This document shows positions 10,157 through 21,267 of a DNA stretch of 64,000 nt, piece after piece (within the stretch, counting starts at the first letter, position 1; the number at the start of each line of letters is the position of its first letter). The stretch is from an uncultured Acidobacteriota bacterium (lineage in GTDB: Bacteria; Acidobacteriota; Vicinamibacteria; Vicinamibacterales; CAVPJW01). A program made the position numbers and the translations under genes. A model generated the notes under the pieces. The model searched no databases and was not told the DNA's origin. It worked only from the letters and a program-made list of their open reading frames with translations. The DNA lies in the NCBI GenBank assembly GCA_963705525.1, contig CAVPJW010000004.1, forward strand, positions 64,789-128,788. Reading direction: 5' to 3'.

Positions 10157-11404
10157 ATGACGAGTCTGGCGGTCGCACCGGACGCGCGGGCGCAGACGAC
10201 GGAATCAGATCCGGCTCCGGCGCGCGGCAAGTTCGAACCCGATCCGCTGCCGCCTCCCGCAATGCCGTTTCTCATCCCGGATGCCCCGCTCAACGCCGAA
10301 GACAAGACCCAGATCCGCTCGAAGCGGTTCACGCTCAAGCTCGGGCTTGTGCTGATCGCGGACTACACGGCGTTCAGTCAAGACGAGGCGAATCTCTCGC
10401 AAGTCGGCACGCATCGGAACGAGTGGGATGACCGGGCGGCGCGACTGATGTTTCGCGGCGGCCTTGGCAAAGTGAACTACCTGGTCGCCGGCGAGTACAA
10501 GGGCTTCGACACCGATCCGGAGACGACGTGGCAAGTCACGGATGTCTCTCTCACGTTCCCGCTCGGGGGACCGAGGACGAAGCTCACGGTCGGCAAGACC
10601 AAGGAGACATTTGCCTACGAAATGGTCGGCGACGCCGCCAACCTGCCGCCCCAGGAACGCGTGCTCAATCCCTTCTTCGTCTCGCGCAACATCGGCGTGA
10701 AGCTCACACGGGTCATGGGCAAAGAGCATCGGATGACGGCGTCGGCAGGCGTGTTCAACGACTGGTGGGTGAACGGCGATCGATTCTCCGATAGCGGAAC
10801 GGACGTCACGGCCCGTGTCACGGGACTGGTGTGGGACCAACCGGATGGGACACATTTCCTCCACGTCGGCCTTGCGACCCGCTACGCGGGTGCGGACCAC
10901 GACACGATGCGCCTGAGGGCCCGGCCCGAATCGAACGTGACCGACTACTACCTGGACACGGGCACGCTGTCCGGCGACCACGCGCAGCAGCTCGGGTTCG
11001 AAACGCTGTGGAACCAAGGGCCGTTCTCGATTCTGGCGGAGTACAACCGTGCGTGGGTGGACGCGCCCGCATCCGGAGACCCCGAATTCTCTGGTTATTA
11101 CATCACCGGGAGCTGGGTGCTGACGGGCGAAACGCGTCCGTATGACCGCACGGTGGGCTACGCGCGCCGCGTCATGCCAAAGGGCCGGTGGGGGGCGCCA
11201 GAACTCGTCGCGCGGTTCTCGCACGTCGATCTCGACGACGGTGTGGTCCAGGGCGGCACCTTCGACAAGACCTATCTGGGCATCAACTGGTGGGCGACGC
11301 GCCGATGGAAGTTCGGATTTGGCTGGGGACACACCTGGCTCGATCGGTTCACCAAGACCGGGGTGACGGAGAGTTTTCAGACGCGCCTGCAATGGGTCTA
11401 CTGA
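10157..11404 (+). CDS. Phosphate-selective porin O/P family outer-membrane porin (5-prime end uncertain)
   Basis: C-terminal WKFGFGWGHTWLDRF...RLQWVY and overall beta-barrel composition. In-frame upstream codons read ALSALTFACVLMTSLAVAPDARAQ but have no in-frame start. The ATG at 10120 is one base out of frame, so an indel near 10120-10130 is possible. Confidence 0.75.
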   Translation: MTSLAVAPDARAQTTESDPAPARGKFEPDPLPPPAMPFLIPDAPLNAEDKTQIRSKRFTLKLGLVLIADYTAFSQDEANLSQVGTHRNEWDDRAARLMFRGGLGKVNYLVAGEYKGFDTDPETTWQVTDVSLTFPLGGPRTKLTVGKTKETFAYEMVGDAANLPPQERVLNPFFVSRNIGVKLTRVMGKEHRMTASAGVFNDWWVNGDRFSDSGTDVTARVTGLVWDQPDGTHFLHVGLATRYAGADHDTMRLRARPESNVTDYYLDTGTLSGDHAQQLGFETLWNQGPFSILAEYNRAWVDAPASGDPEFSGYYITGSWVLTGETRPYDRTVGYARRVMPKGRWGAPELVARFSHVDLDDGVVQGGTFDKTYLGINWWATRRWKFGFGWGHTWLDRFTKTGVTESFQTRLQWVY

Positions 11405-11464
11405 GCGGCGCGACCCGCTGATGCGGACGCGCATGGAAACTATCGACGAACACCCTGAGCCGGC

Positions 11465-11827
11465 CTAGCGGGCAAGCGGGACGATCTTCGATCGGAGCAA
11501 GGCGCGATCTCTCGTCACGAGCGGCAGCTTCTGCACCACGCTCGTTGCGGCGATGAGCTCGTCGGCCGGGTCACCGCGGATGTCGAGGCGCGTGCTCATT
11601 CGCGCGATCTCCAGGGTCAAGGGCCAGACGTGAACGCCGGCCAGCACCCGGACCACAGCGGGATCGTCCAGATCGACTTCGATCCGGCCGAGCTGGGCGA
11701 GCTTGGCAATCTCCCACAACACGATCGCCGAGATGCTCCAGCGATTGGCACTGAGCAGCCGTGTCTCGCGCGGCCGGAGCGCACCGGTCATGGCATACAG
11801 CAGGACGTGCGTGTCAACGTTCAGCAT
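11465..11827 (-). CDS. vapC: PIN-domain toxin (VapC-type)
   Basis: 120 aa. Acidic PIN residues in MLNVDTHVLL, LWEIAKL, DPADELIAAT and LVTRD. Overlaps the upstream antitoxin ORF by 14 nt. Confidence 0.85.
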   Translation of the reverse strand: MLNVDTHVLLYAMTGALRPRETRLLSANRWSISAIVLWEIAKLAQLGRIEVDLDDPAVVRVLAGVHVWPLTLEIARMSTRLDIRGDPADELIAATSVVQKLPLVTRDRALLRSKIVPLAR

Positions 11828-12038
11828 TCCAGTCGAGCCCGGTGGACAGGATGTCGCCCTTGATCCGGAGCTTGCCTGTCAGGGATCCGATGAGGCTCCT
11901 CGAGTCCGAGGCAAACGGTATCAGTCTCGCCACCGGTTTGCCCCGCTTCGTGATCAGAATCCCGTCCGGGTCCACTTCGTCGAGGAGGGACAGGCACTGC
12001 TCCTTGAATTTGGCGGCCGCAATGCTCTTCATAGGCAC
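11814..12038 (-). CDS. Phd/YefM-type antitoxin
   Basis: 74 aa. KSIAAAKFKEQCLSLLDEVDPDGILITKRGKPVARLIP is typical of prevent-host-death antitoxins. It overlaps the PIN toxin gene. Confidence 0.8.
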   Translation of the reverse strand: MPMKSIAAAKFKEQCLSLLDEVDPDGILITKRGKPVARLIPFASDSRSLIGSLTGKLRIKGDILSTGLDWNAER

Positions 12039-12183
12039 ATTATGAGACTGGTCATCTTAAATGTCCAGTGGTCCCCCCGGCTGGCGGAAGGAATTCAGGC
12101 CTTCGGTTCTCTGAGCATTCCGGCCTTGACGTGCAAGCCGGGCACCGACATCGTGATGTGGTTCCCCACGCAAGAGAGACAAC

Positions 12184-12579
12184 ATGACGTACACCGTTCA
12201 GACATCGACACCACCGAAGACGCCGACCCCGATCGGCCCGTACCATCACATCGCCAGGGTCGGCCCGTTTGTGAGCATCGGCGGAACGGCCGGGGTCAAT
12301 CCGTCAACGGGTCAACTGGCGGGCCCGGATGTGCACGCGCAGGTCATACAGATACTCGACTCGTTCGCGGTCATGCTGGCGTCGGTCGGATCCGATCTGA
12401 GTCATATCGTGCACGTCAACGTCTTCCTGAAGAGCATGCAGGATTTCGACGACATGAACCGCGCGTACGTGGAAAAGATGGGAGCTCACCGTCCGGCCCG
12501 GACGGTGATTGGCGTCAACGAGCTTCCCAAACCCGGAGTGCTCGTGACCATGAACCTGACGGCCGTCACGAGGGAATAG
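12184..12579 (+). CDS. RidA/YjgF/L-PSP family protein
   Basis: 131 aa. PIGPYHHIARVGPFVSIGGTAGVNP...PARTVIGVNELPKPGVLVTMNLTAV. Confidence 0.85.
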   Translation: MTYTVQTSTPPKTPTPIGPYHHIARVGPFVSIGGTAGVNPSTGQLAGPDVHAQVIQILDSFAVMLASVGSDLSHIVHVNVFLKSMQDFDDMNRAYVEKMGAHRPARTVIGVNELPKPGVLVTMNLTAVTRE

Positions 12580-12595
12580 ACGGCGAGCCGAAGAT

Positions 12596-12621
12596 GCCGG
12601 CGGGTTGAGCGACCCGCCGGC
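12596..12621. terminator. Bidirectional hairpin between convergent genes
   Basis: gccggcgggt (12596-12605), loop tgagcg, acccgccggc (12612-12621): a perfect 10-bp stem between stops at 12579 (+) and 12633 (-). Confidence 0.6.
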
Positions 12622-12632
12622 GGCCTCGGGTT

Positions 12633-13529
12633 TCAGTCGTCCTGGTGCCCGTGTGACCGGCGCAGGTATCCGTGACTGTTGCCGTCCTGGTCGTTGTAGA
12701 CGCCCACGATCTCGCCCAGATCGTTGATGCCGTTGGCGTCCGTCAGCGACGCGCCCGGAAAGTCGATCGCCGTGAATCCGTGGGATGTTCGCAGGAACCC
12801 ATGCTCCCCGGTGTCACCGTCAAAGAAGACGCCGACGATCCGGCCAAAGACATTGATCCCGTTGGCTCTGGTGACGAGGACGGTGTCGCCCGGATAGTCG
12901 ATCTGCGTGAAGACCCCGCTCTTCAGTAGAAAGCCGTGGAAGATACCGTCCGGGTCCTCGAGTCGGAAATAGAAGCCGACGATCCTCCCGAGGTCATCCA
13001 TTCCCTGGGGCCTCGTCTCGGCCGAGCCAGGGGGGTCGAAGGTGTGGAAGCCGTGTCCGTCCCGGAGGAACCCGTGATTGACACCATCGGTTCCACTGAA
13101 CTGGCCGACGATTCGTCCGAAATCATCGATCCCCTTCACCCGTGTGTCGCTCGCGCCTGGCACGTCAATCGTGCTGAACCGGCCGTGCCGCAACACATAA
13201 CCGTGGCCGATTCCATCTGCACCTACGTAGACCCCGGCCACGTCACCCAGATTGTTGATGTCATTACCAAAGGTGAATGTCGCTCCAGGCGCGTCGATCA
13301 GCGTGAAGTGGCCGCGCCGGAGCAGAAAGCCGTGCCGGCTCCCGTCCGCATCCCTGCAGTTGCCGACGATGTCGCCGACGTTGTTGTTGCCGAGCGCCTG
13401 GGTGAACACGGCGCTGGGGCAGTCGAATGACGTGTAGCTTTGCGCTGTTGCGGTGGCCGCAACACCGAGAGACAGCACGGTGGCCACGAGCGCGATGGGC
13501 AAATAGCGAATCGGCTTGAATGGTTCCAT
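12633..13529 (-). CDS. Secreted repeat protein with about six ~45-aa repeats (HAF-family-like extracellular repeats)
   Basis: I chose the internal ATG at 13529, preceded by AAGGAG. It gives the signal peptide MEPFKPIRYLPIALVATVLSLGVAATATAQ. Repeating pattern DG..HGFL...G.F..ID.PGA..T...GIN..G.IVG. Confidence 0.65.
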   Translation of the reverse strand: MEPFKPIRYLPIALVATVLSLGVAATATAQSYTSFDCPSAVFTQALGNNNVGDIVGNCRDADGSRHGFLLRRGHFTLIDAPGATFTFGNDINNLGDVAGVYVGADGIGHGYVLRHGRFSTIDVPGASDTRVKGIDDFGRIVGQFSGTDGVNHGFLRDGHGFHTFDPPGSAETRPQGMDDLGRIVGFYFRLEDPDGIFHGFLLKSGVFTQIDYPGDTVLVTRANGINVFGRIVGVFFDGDTGEHGFLRTSHGFTAIDFPGASLTDANGINDLGEIVGVYNDQDGNSHGYLRRSHGHQDD

Positions 13530-13701
13530 GGTCCATCTCCTTGGCGGCAACCTTGCCGCATCGAACTTCTGAGCTGACTCCTGCCGAGGCTTCTGAGCGA
13601 ATTGGGTTCGTGATTCGCTATCACTGCTACAGTAGGCTCGGTGGCGCGCGGAGTCCTTGGAGAGCGATGGGATTTCGATGGGTTCCGGGTCGTGGATTCC
13701 T

Positions 13702-14394
13702 ATGAGGCTTCGCTTCGGTAAGGTACGGTTCGATGCGGACGCCCGACAGCTCTGGTTCGGCTCGGACGAACGCCATCTGTCGGGCAAGGCGTTCGAGCTG
13801 CTGAAGCTGCTGGTCGAGCGGCGTCCGGCAGCGGTCTCCAAGTCAGACATTCAGGCGCATCTCTGGCCCGAGACGTTCGTCTCGGAAACGAACCTGCCGA
13901 GCCTCATTGCCGAGATCCGGAAAGCGCTTGGCGACCATGCGCGCCGCTCAACGTGTATCCGCACGGTGCACCGCTTCGGTTATGCGTTCGACGCCATCGT
14001 GATCGAGGACACGGTCGAAGACGGAACGGCCTCGCGCCGAGTCGCCTCGGTGCCGGTGCGTCACTGGCTGACCGGGGAACACGGCCGAACGGCTTTGATC
14101 GAGGGAGAGAACGTGATGGGTCGTGAAGGGTACGCTATCGCGTTCGATTCGCCGACCGTCTCCCGTCGTCACGCCCGAATTACGATCGACGAGCGGGGGG
14201 CGGTGCTCGAGGATCTGGGCAGCAAGAATGGCACGTACTTGAAGGACGCTCGACTCACGTCACCCGCACGGCTCGTCGACGGCGACCAGATTCGCGTGGG
14301 CTCGGTGCGGTTGACCTTCAGAATGGTCGACTCGCTCGCGTCGACGAAAAAGGATTCTTTGTCGGGACAGCGACGCTCGAGTTCGAACCAATGA
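13702..14394 (+). CDS. Transcriptional regulator: OmpR/CadC-type winged helix fused to an FHA domain
   Basis: wHTH LSGKAFELLKLLVERRPAAVSKSDIQAHLWP...IRTVHRFGYAF. FHA GREGYAIAFDSPTVSRRHARI...LEDLGSKNGTYL...GDQIRVGSVRLTF. The start could be 13657, 13678 or 13702. Confidence 0.8.
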   Translation: MRLRFGKVRFDADARQLWFGSDERHLSGKAFELLKLLVERRPAAVSKSDIQAHLWPETFVSETNLPSLIAEIRKALGDHARRSTCIRTVHRFGYAFDAIVIEDTVEDGTASRRVASVPVRHWLTGEHGRTALIEGENVMGREGYAIAFDSPTVSRRHARITIDERGAVLEDLGSKNGTYLKDARLTSPARLVDGDQIRVGSVRLTFRMVDSLASTKKDSLSGQRRSSSNQ

Positions 14395-14555
14395 AGCGCT
14401 CGCTCTCAAGATCAGTCTTTTTCGCCGATCTGCTGGCAATGAATGCGAAACACCACGGGAACCGGTTCAGTTCTCATTCGATTTCGCTTCCCCGGTATCG
14501 CCGCCGCCGTCAGGCCGATCCGCTAGAATGATGGCCTCCCAGTTGTCGGTACAGA

Positions 14556-17256
14556 ATGGCTCTTTCGGCCGGCGCCCGCCTCGGCCCGTACGAGCTCATC
14601 AGCCTCACCGGCGCAGGAGGCATGGGCGAGGTCTACCGCGCCAAGGACACGCGGCTCGACCGCACGGTCGCGATCAAGGTGCTCCCGGCGCGCACTGCGG
14701 ATGATCCCGAACAGCGCGAGCGACTCGATCGCGAGGCGCGCGCCATCTCCAGCCTGAATTCCCCGAACATCTGCGCTTTATTCGACGTCGGCCATCAGGA
14801 TGGCGTTGACTACCTCGTGATGGAATATCTCGAAGGGGAGACACTCGCGGATCGCTTGAGCCGCAAGGTCGGATCTCAAAACGCGCCACTGCCGCTGAAA
14901 GATGTCTTGCGGTACGCGATCGAGATCGCGGGCGCTCTCGACAAGGCACACCGCGCGGGGTTCGTGCATCGCGATCTGAAGCCGGGCAACATCATGCTGA
15001 CGAAGTCGGGCGCCAAGCTGCTCGACTTCGGCCTGGCGAAGCGGCACGAACCCGAAGCCCGTGTTGCTGCGGAAAGTCTTTCTGCGCCGTCGACGCGCAC
15101 GGGTCCGCTGACAGGCAAGGGAATGATTCTCGGCACGCTGCAATACATGGCGCCCGAGCAGCTCGAAGGAAAGGCGACTGACGCCCGAACCGACATCTTC
15201 GCGCTCGGCGCCGTGATCTACGAGATGGCCACGGGGAGAAGAGCGTTCGAGGCCACGAGTCAGGCGAGCCTGATCGCCGCGATCCTCGATGCCGACCCGC
15301 CCGCGATCTCGACCCTGCAACCGATGACGCCGCCCGCGCTCGAACATGTGGTCAAAGTTTGTCTGGCCAAGGATCCCGATGAGCGGTGGCAGGCCGCCGG
15401 CGACGTCGCCCGCGAGTTGAAGTGGATTTCCGAGGCGAGCTCGCAGGCGGGCATGCCCGCGCCGGTAAAGGCCCGCGCGAAGCGCCACACGGCGTACCTG
15501 AGCGCCGCGACGGCTCTGTTCGCCTTGACGGCTGGGGTCTTGGCATTCGTACATCTGCGCGAGACGCCCGTCGAAACCAGTCGAACCCGCCTGTTCATCC
15601 TGCCGCCAGAACACGTGGCCTCTCCGGTCTACAACCAGATCGAAAGCCCACCGGTGGTGTCGCCCGACGGCCGGCAAATTGCCTTCGTCGCCCACGCGAT
15701 CGGAGGCTCAGATTCTGTCTGGGTACGGCCACTCGATGCCCTGGTGGCGCGAGTACCTGCCTGGTACCGATGGGGTCGCGGCCTCGAGCTCGCGCCCGTT
15801 CTGGTCACCCGACAGCCGATCGCTGGCGTTTTTTGCGGGCGGCCAGCTCAAACGGATCGCGATTGCCGGTGGGCCCCCACAGGTGCTGTGCGAGGCGCTG
15901 GACGGACGAGGCGGAACGTGGAACGAGCAGGGCACGATCGTGTTTGCGCCGGATGGCTTTGGCGCTTTATCTCAGATCTCCGCAACGGGCGGCGCCGTCA
16001 CGCCCGCGACGAAGCTGGCCCCGACTGAGACCAGCCATCGCTGGCCCATGTTCCTGCCGGACGGTCGTCACTTCCTCTATACGAGTCGGACCGAGAACTC
16101 GTCGGGCGCCGAGGTGGCATCGCTGGATTCAGCAGATGTCCGGCACGTCCTGAACAATGAAAGTGGCCGGTTCAATGTCGCGTATGCGAACACGGACCAA
16201 CTGCTCTTCGCGCGGGTCGGGACCATGGGCGGCGGGACACTCTTTGCGCAGTCCTTCGACCATGCCCGACTCGCTCTTGCTGGTCAGCCGGTGGTCATCG
16301 CCGAGCAGGTGGCGATGGATGGTGGAGGATTGGGCGCCACGTTCTCTATCTCGACCAACGGTGTGCTGGTGTACCGACAAGAGGCCCCTCCGGCGAGCGT
16401 GCAACCAGTCTGGTTCGATCGAACAGGCAGACGGCTTGGGACAGTCGGGCCACCTGCCAATCAGTCCGACCTAAGCCTATCGCCCGACGGAACGCGCGTC
16501 GCTGTCACCCGAGAGCTCGCACAACGCGGCCTCGCGGACATCTGGCTCCTGAGCGTCGCCAGCGGCACCGCGTCTCGGTTTACATTCGACTCGCAGAGTG
16601 GTGGCAGCATCTGGTCGCCAGACGGCCGGCTCATCGCCGTTGGTACGTATAGTGGCCTCGTCCAAAAAGCTTCGAGCGGTCGGGGCGAAGCCGAAGTGCT
16701 TGTCACCACTGGCGCTCTTGGCGGCGTTCCCACCGATTGGTCCCGTGATGGGCGATTCATCGTCTATGCCCACCAGGATTCCGGGAGCAAGATGGATCTT
16801 TGGGCACTTCCGCTGTCTGGCGATCGGGAGCCGATCGAGCTGGTGCGCACGGATGGTTGGGACGGACAGGGCCAATTCTCGCCGGACGGCCGCTGGCTCG
16901 CGTACACCTCTGACGTGAGCGGGCGCGTGGAGGTCTACGTCCAGGCCTTTCCTGCCGCGGGCGGCAAGTGGCAGGTTTCGGCGAGTGGCGGAACGCAGCC
17001 CCGCTGGCGAGGCGATGGCAAGGAGCTCTTCTACATCGGTGCTGACAACCAGTTGATGGCAGCGACGGTGAAGCCGGGAGCGGAAAGCTTCGACACTGGT
17101 GTCCAGCAGCCACTGTTCGGCATACGCGTCGCTCCCGGTGACTTTTCTTCCTTTGCTGTGACCCCAGACGGCCAGCGGTTTCTCGTCAACACGGTCGTCA
17201 ACGACCCGTCGCAGCCGATTGTCGTAGTGCTGAACTGGGCGGCGGCGCTCAAATAG
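14556..17256 (+). pseudogene. Ser/Thr protein kinase with TM and TolB-like beta-propeller, reading frame broken near 15740-15760
   Basis: ORF 14556..16028 gives the kinase (GGMGEVYRAKD, HRDLKPGNIM, DFGLAK), the TM segment and the first propeller blade up to SDSVWVRPLDALVAR. The sensible continuation (YLPGTDGVAASSSRPFWSPDSRSLAFF...) is in ORF 15679..17256, in another frame. Confidence 0.8.
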
Positions 17257-17278
17257 TTCTCGAGCCGGGAGGGCTGAC

Positions 17279-20049
17279 ATGACTCGCGTCCTCCGATCGG
17301 CGGTCGTCGGCGTCGTCTTACTCTCTCTTCTCGGGCTCGCGCACAACGGCTCGGCGCAGACCGGACTCGGCCGCCTGATCGGCACGGTCGCCGACCCGCA
17401 GCGAGCCGTGCTGCCAGGGGTCCTGGTGACGGTGACGTCTCCAGCGCTCATCGGCCAGGAGACGACCGTCACCGAAGGTGATGGTCGATATCTCTTCCCT
17501 GCGTTGCCATCGGGCGTCTACATCGTGACGTTCGAGCTCGCGAGTTTCCAGACGTTCACCCGACAGAACATCGTCATCACGCTCGCGACCACCATTACTG
17601 TCGATGCGCAGCTCGATTCGGCGACGCTCGCCGAGAACGTTGTCGTCACGGGTGCGTCGCCGCTGGTCGACTTGACGACCCAGAAGGTGGGCGTGCACTT
17701 CGGCGCCAAGGTGCTGGCCAGCGTGCCGTCCGCCACGGACATGTGGGCGCTCCTCGCGCAGACGCCGGGAATCCGGATGCTGGATTTCGACGTCGGCGGC
17801 AGCCGGAAGAGCACGCAGTCACAGTACCGAGGGCTTCGGCATCAGCGATCAGAACCGGATTCTCTCGGATGGCGTCGATACCACTGAAGGCCTCGGCGGG
17901 GCCGGGATGTACGCGGACTACTATGCGAACCAGGAAGACTCGGTGAGCGCGGTCGGGAACGATGTCGAGATGAACACGCCAGGCGTCGTGGTGTCGTCGA
18001 CGGTCAAGAGCGGCGGCAACGAGCTGAAAGGGTTCTTTCACCTGAGCTATGACGACGCGCGGTTCGTCGGCAGCAACCTGGACGCCGAGCTCGTGGCGCA
18101 CGGGGCCAGCCAGCAGGGCGTGCTGACATTCTGGGAAGGGCATGCCGATCTCGGCGGGCCGATAGTGAAGGACAAGGTGTGGTTCTTCGGCGCGATTAAC
18201 GACTTCACGCTCGACAAAGAGGTGTCAGGGGTTCCCCGCGCCGTCGCAACAGATCTCGGTTTGTTCAATGCCTACACGACGAAGGAAACTTACAGGCCGA
18301 GCGCCAAGGACACGCTGATCGGCTACCTGCAAACGGGACAGAAGCTCAACCCGAACTTCGGGGTGTCGGTCTTGATGAGTCCCGACTCATTGGCCCGCAA
18401 GGACGCCCGGTGGTGGGTGTACAAGGGCGAGCACCAGCGCGCCTGGACGAACCGGCTGTTTACCGAAGCGAGGGTTGGGGCTCACAAAGTACGCGGCAGA
18501 TTCACGCCGAGCGTCGATCCAGCCGAACATCCACATCGAGAGGATTTGGCCACCGGATTCGTCAGTGGCGCATCGAGCGACTATGTGGGCGAACGCAGCA
18601 AGCCCCAGGTGACCGCGCGGGCCACCTACTTCCGGCCGGGGCGTGCGGGCAGCCACGACTTCAAGTTCGGGTTCGAGTATCTCTACGACGGGTACCGGTT
18701 CGGCTACAACGGCCTCGCGGGCCCCATCCGGTATCAAGACCGCGACGGTCAGACCAGTGAGATCGTATTCCGCGATCTGGGAACGCCGAAGACGTTGAAC
18801 CGCACGTGGACGGATCCCGAGGAGCAGAACTTACGCTACGCGCTCTACGCGCAGGATCGATGGACGCCTGGCGATCGGTTGACGATGACGGTTGGAGTGC
18901 GGATGGACTACCAGAAGCCGTCCAACGGCGACGCCACACGGGATCCGATCCTCACGGACTTCTTTTCACCGAAAACGACACCAGGCCGAACCTTGCTCAC
19001 GACCGCGGACGTCGCGCCGAGAGTCGGCCTGGCGTACCGGGTGGACCGCCAGGGCAAGAGCGTCTTGAAGGCCTTTTACGGTCGCTATTACCACAATTTC
19101 GCGGATTCTGTTCACCGGCGCCAACCCCGGGGGATTCAATACCCAGGTCTGGGAGTTCAACGATCAGAACGGCAATCGAGTCTATGACGGCGTGCAGGAG
19201 CTGGGCCGGGAAATTGATGCCTACGGGGCGACTCGACCAATATCAACTCAGGGCTGAAGACGCCCTACACGGACGAGATCAATGCGTCGTTCGAACAGCA
19301 GTTCTGGGGTGAATCGTCGGCGCGGGCCACGTATGTCCGGAAGATCACGCGACGCGCCATTCCGATCTATACGGTTGGCTACGCGTACAACTGGATCGGC
19401 CACTTGACCGTGCCAACGACCGCGACGGCGGAGAGCGATCAGTTCGGCACCGAGACGTTCCAACTGGTCGACATTCCGGAGTCGCTGCACGGCCAGGGGC
19501 TCTATCGCTTCGACAGTATTCCCGGAGGGGGATCGACGTACGACACGGTGGAAGTCGCGCTCGAGAAGCGGTTCACTGGCCGGGACTTCATCCAATCGAG
19601 CTTCGACTATTTGTGGCGAGACGAGATCGTCTCACTCCTCAATCCGAATCCGGCATAGACCCGACTGCCAGGGCACGACCGAATGGCAAGGCCGGCTGCT
19701 CGGCCACTGCACGCTCGCGCACGAGTTTGGTGCCGCCGTGAATCCCGGTATCAGAGTGGCTACCCTGTACGCCCGTTCCGTCGCCACTGGTCTGCCTGGG
19801 CTGGGCGACGTCACGGTCGACGTCGAAAGGCGCAGCAGGCACCGCTCGGGCACGGTGACGCTACTCGATCTCCGCGTGGACAAGGCCTTCCACATCGGGC
19901 GCTACCAGCTGACCACGATGTTCGATCTCTTCAACGCGCTCAATTCGAATACGGTGACGGGGTTCTCGACGAACAGCGAGAACTTCGGCCTCGTGTTCGA
20001 GACACTGGATCCCATAACCGCGCAGGTCGGCGTGACGTGGGAGTTCTAA
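17279..20049 (+). pseudogene. CarboxypepD_reg-type TonB-dependent receptor-like outer-membrane protein with at least four frame breaks
   Basis: Signal peptide plus GTVADPQRAVLPGVLVTV...GDGRYLFPALPSGVY (17279-). The sensible reading moves between frames near 17830, 19110, 19230 and 19640-19740. It ends in the typical barrel terminus ...ITAQVGVTWEF (20049). Confidence 0.75.
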
Positions 20050-20114
20050 TCAATCACGATGAACGGTCGGCGCATCCAAATGATGAGGCCAATTGAGCGC
20101 GGAATTGCTGCTAG

Positions 20115-20610
20115 ACTCCAACCCGGCTCACCCATCCTGGACGACGTCTACTGAACGCCCCACGTTTCGCAAGTCCAGTCATTGAACTTCCCCGTTTATC
20201 TGCGACTGGGATCGATCCGCGCATCCTGATCGAGGGTGGCCGCAACACGATCGTGTATGAGCAGGACGACGCCGTGCGCGAGGGCGTGTTCCGGTTGTTC
20301 GCGACGAACCACTCGCCGCAGTCGGGCGCGGGAAGCTTGCGCGACCTTCTGTGCTGCCTTCCCCGCCTGGTTGCCCCGGCCGCACTCGGATATCAGAACA
20401 TCTTCCGCGTCCTCATCATGCAGTTCATCGACGCTGTACTCGTTCGACGTGCGTTCGGTCAAGAAGACCTGCGTCCACATCGTCCACCCGGACGGACGCC
20501 TGATCCCGTTCGATACCTACAATCTGTTTTACCGCGACGATCTGGAGAAGTCGCGGCTCGCGCCACTCAGGTCGCGCGCCGAACATGCAATGGACGGGAG
20601 GACCCTGTGA
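20115..20610 (+). pseudogene. C-terminal remnant of a radical SAM-family protein (no catalytic core present), frame break near 20433-20437
   Basis: Two frames together read ...LLCCLPRLV...NIFRVLIMQFIDA / YSFDVRSVKKTCVHIVHPDGRLIPFDTYNLFYRD. I recognise this as the conserved C-terminal tail of one radical SAM subfamily. No CxxxCxxC region lies upstream. Confidence 0.45.
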
Positions 20611-21203
20611 AGCGAGTCATGGCGATCGTGCTGATTGCGGTGCTGACGGCCGTCGTCTCGGGCATCGACGCCGCATCGCTCGGAAATGAAGACCAGGACG
20701 CACGGAAGGAGGAGGCGCGCCGACAGACGATCACTGCGCGGATCAACGACATCGCAGTTGGGTCCATCGTCAAGATCGAGGAGACGGACGGCAAGAAATT
20801 GAGCGCCGCCGTTGTGGAAGCGACGCCGGACGCGCTGACGATCATACGCTTGGAGGGAGCGACAGTGAGAACCCAGACGATCGCCAGCAACAGCATCAAG
20901 AAGATCGAGGTCGTTCGTCGACGCGCGGTCAGGATCGAGCGAATCGATGGCGAGACATTCAAAGCCGAATTGGAGAGCGTGACGCGCGAATCGATCACGG
21001 TCACGCCCGTGTCGGGAAAGAGCCGGGCAACCGAGACGATCGCAATTGGGGAAATCAGGAGTATCGAGCCGATGCCCAATCATCTTGCACGAAATGTGCT
21101 GATCGGTATCGGGATTTTCGTCGGGGTGTGGTACTGGAATCACCCTCTCCACGGTATAGCGGTCGAACTGATCCAGCGCCACAAAGCCCTGGCCGACCGA
21201 TGA
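20607..21203 (+). CDS. Hypothetical membrane-anchored protein
   Basis: A GTG at 20607 (GGGAGG upstream, overlapping the preceding TGA) or an ATG at 20619. N-terminal hydrophobic MAIVLIAVLTAVVSG, two similar beta-rich modules, and a C-terminal TM NVLIGIGIFVGVWYW. Confidence 0.5.
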   Translation: MKRVMAIVLIAVLTAVVSGIDAASLGNEDQDARKEEARRQTITARINDIAVGSIVKIEETDGKKLSAAVVEATPDALTIIRLEGATVRTQTIASNSIKKIEVVRRRAVRIERIDGETFKAELESVTRESITVTPVSGKSRATETIAIGEIRSIEPMPNHLARNVLIGIGIFVGVWYWNHPLHGIAVELIQRHKALADR

Positions 21204-21267
21204 CGCCGGCTGGCGGTCTGGTACAACGAGCCGCAGCCAGCGCCGGTCGTCGATACCGAGTGTCGAA

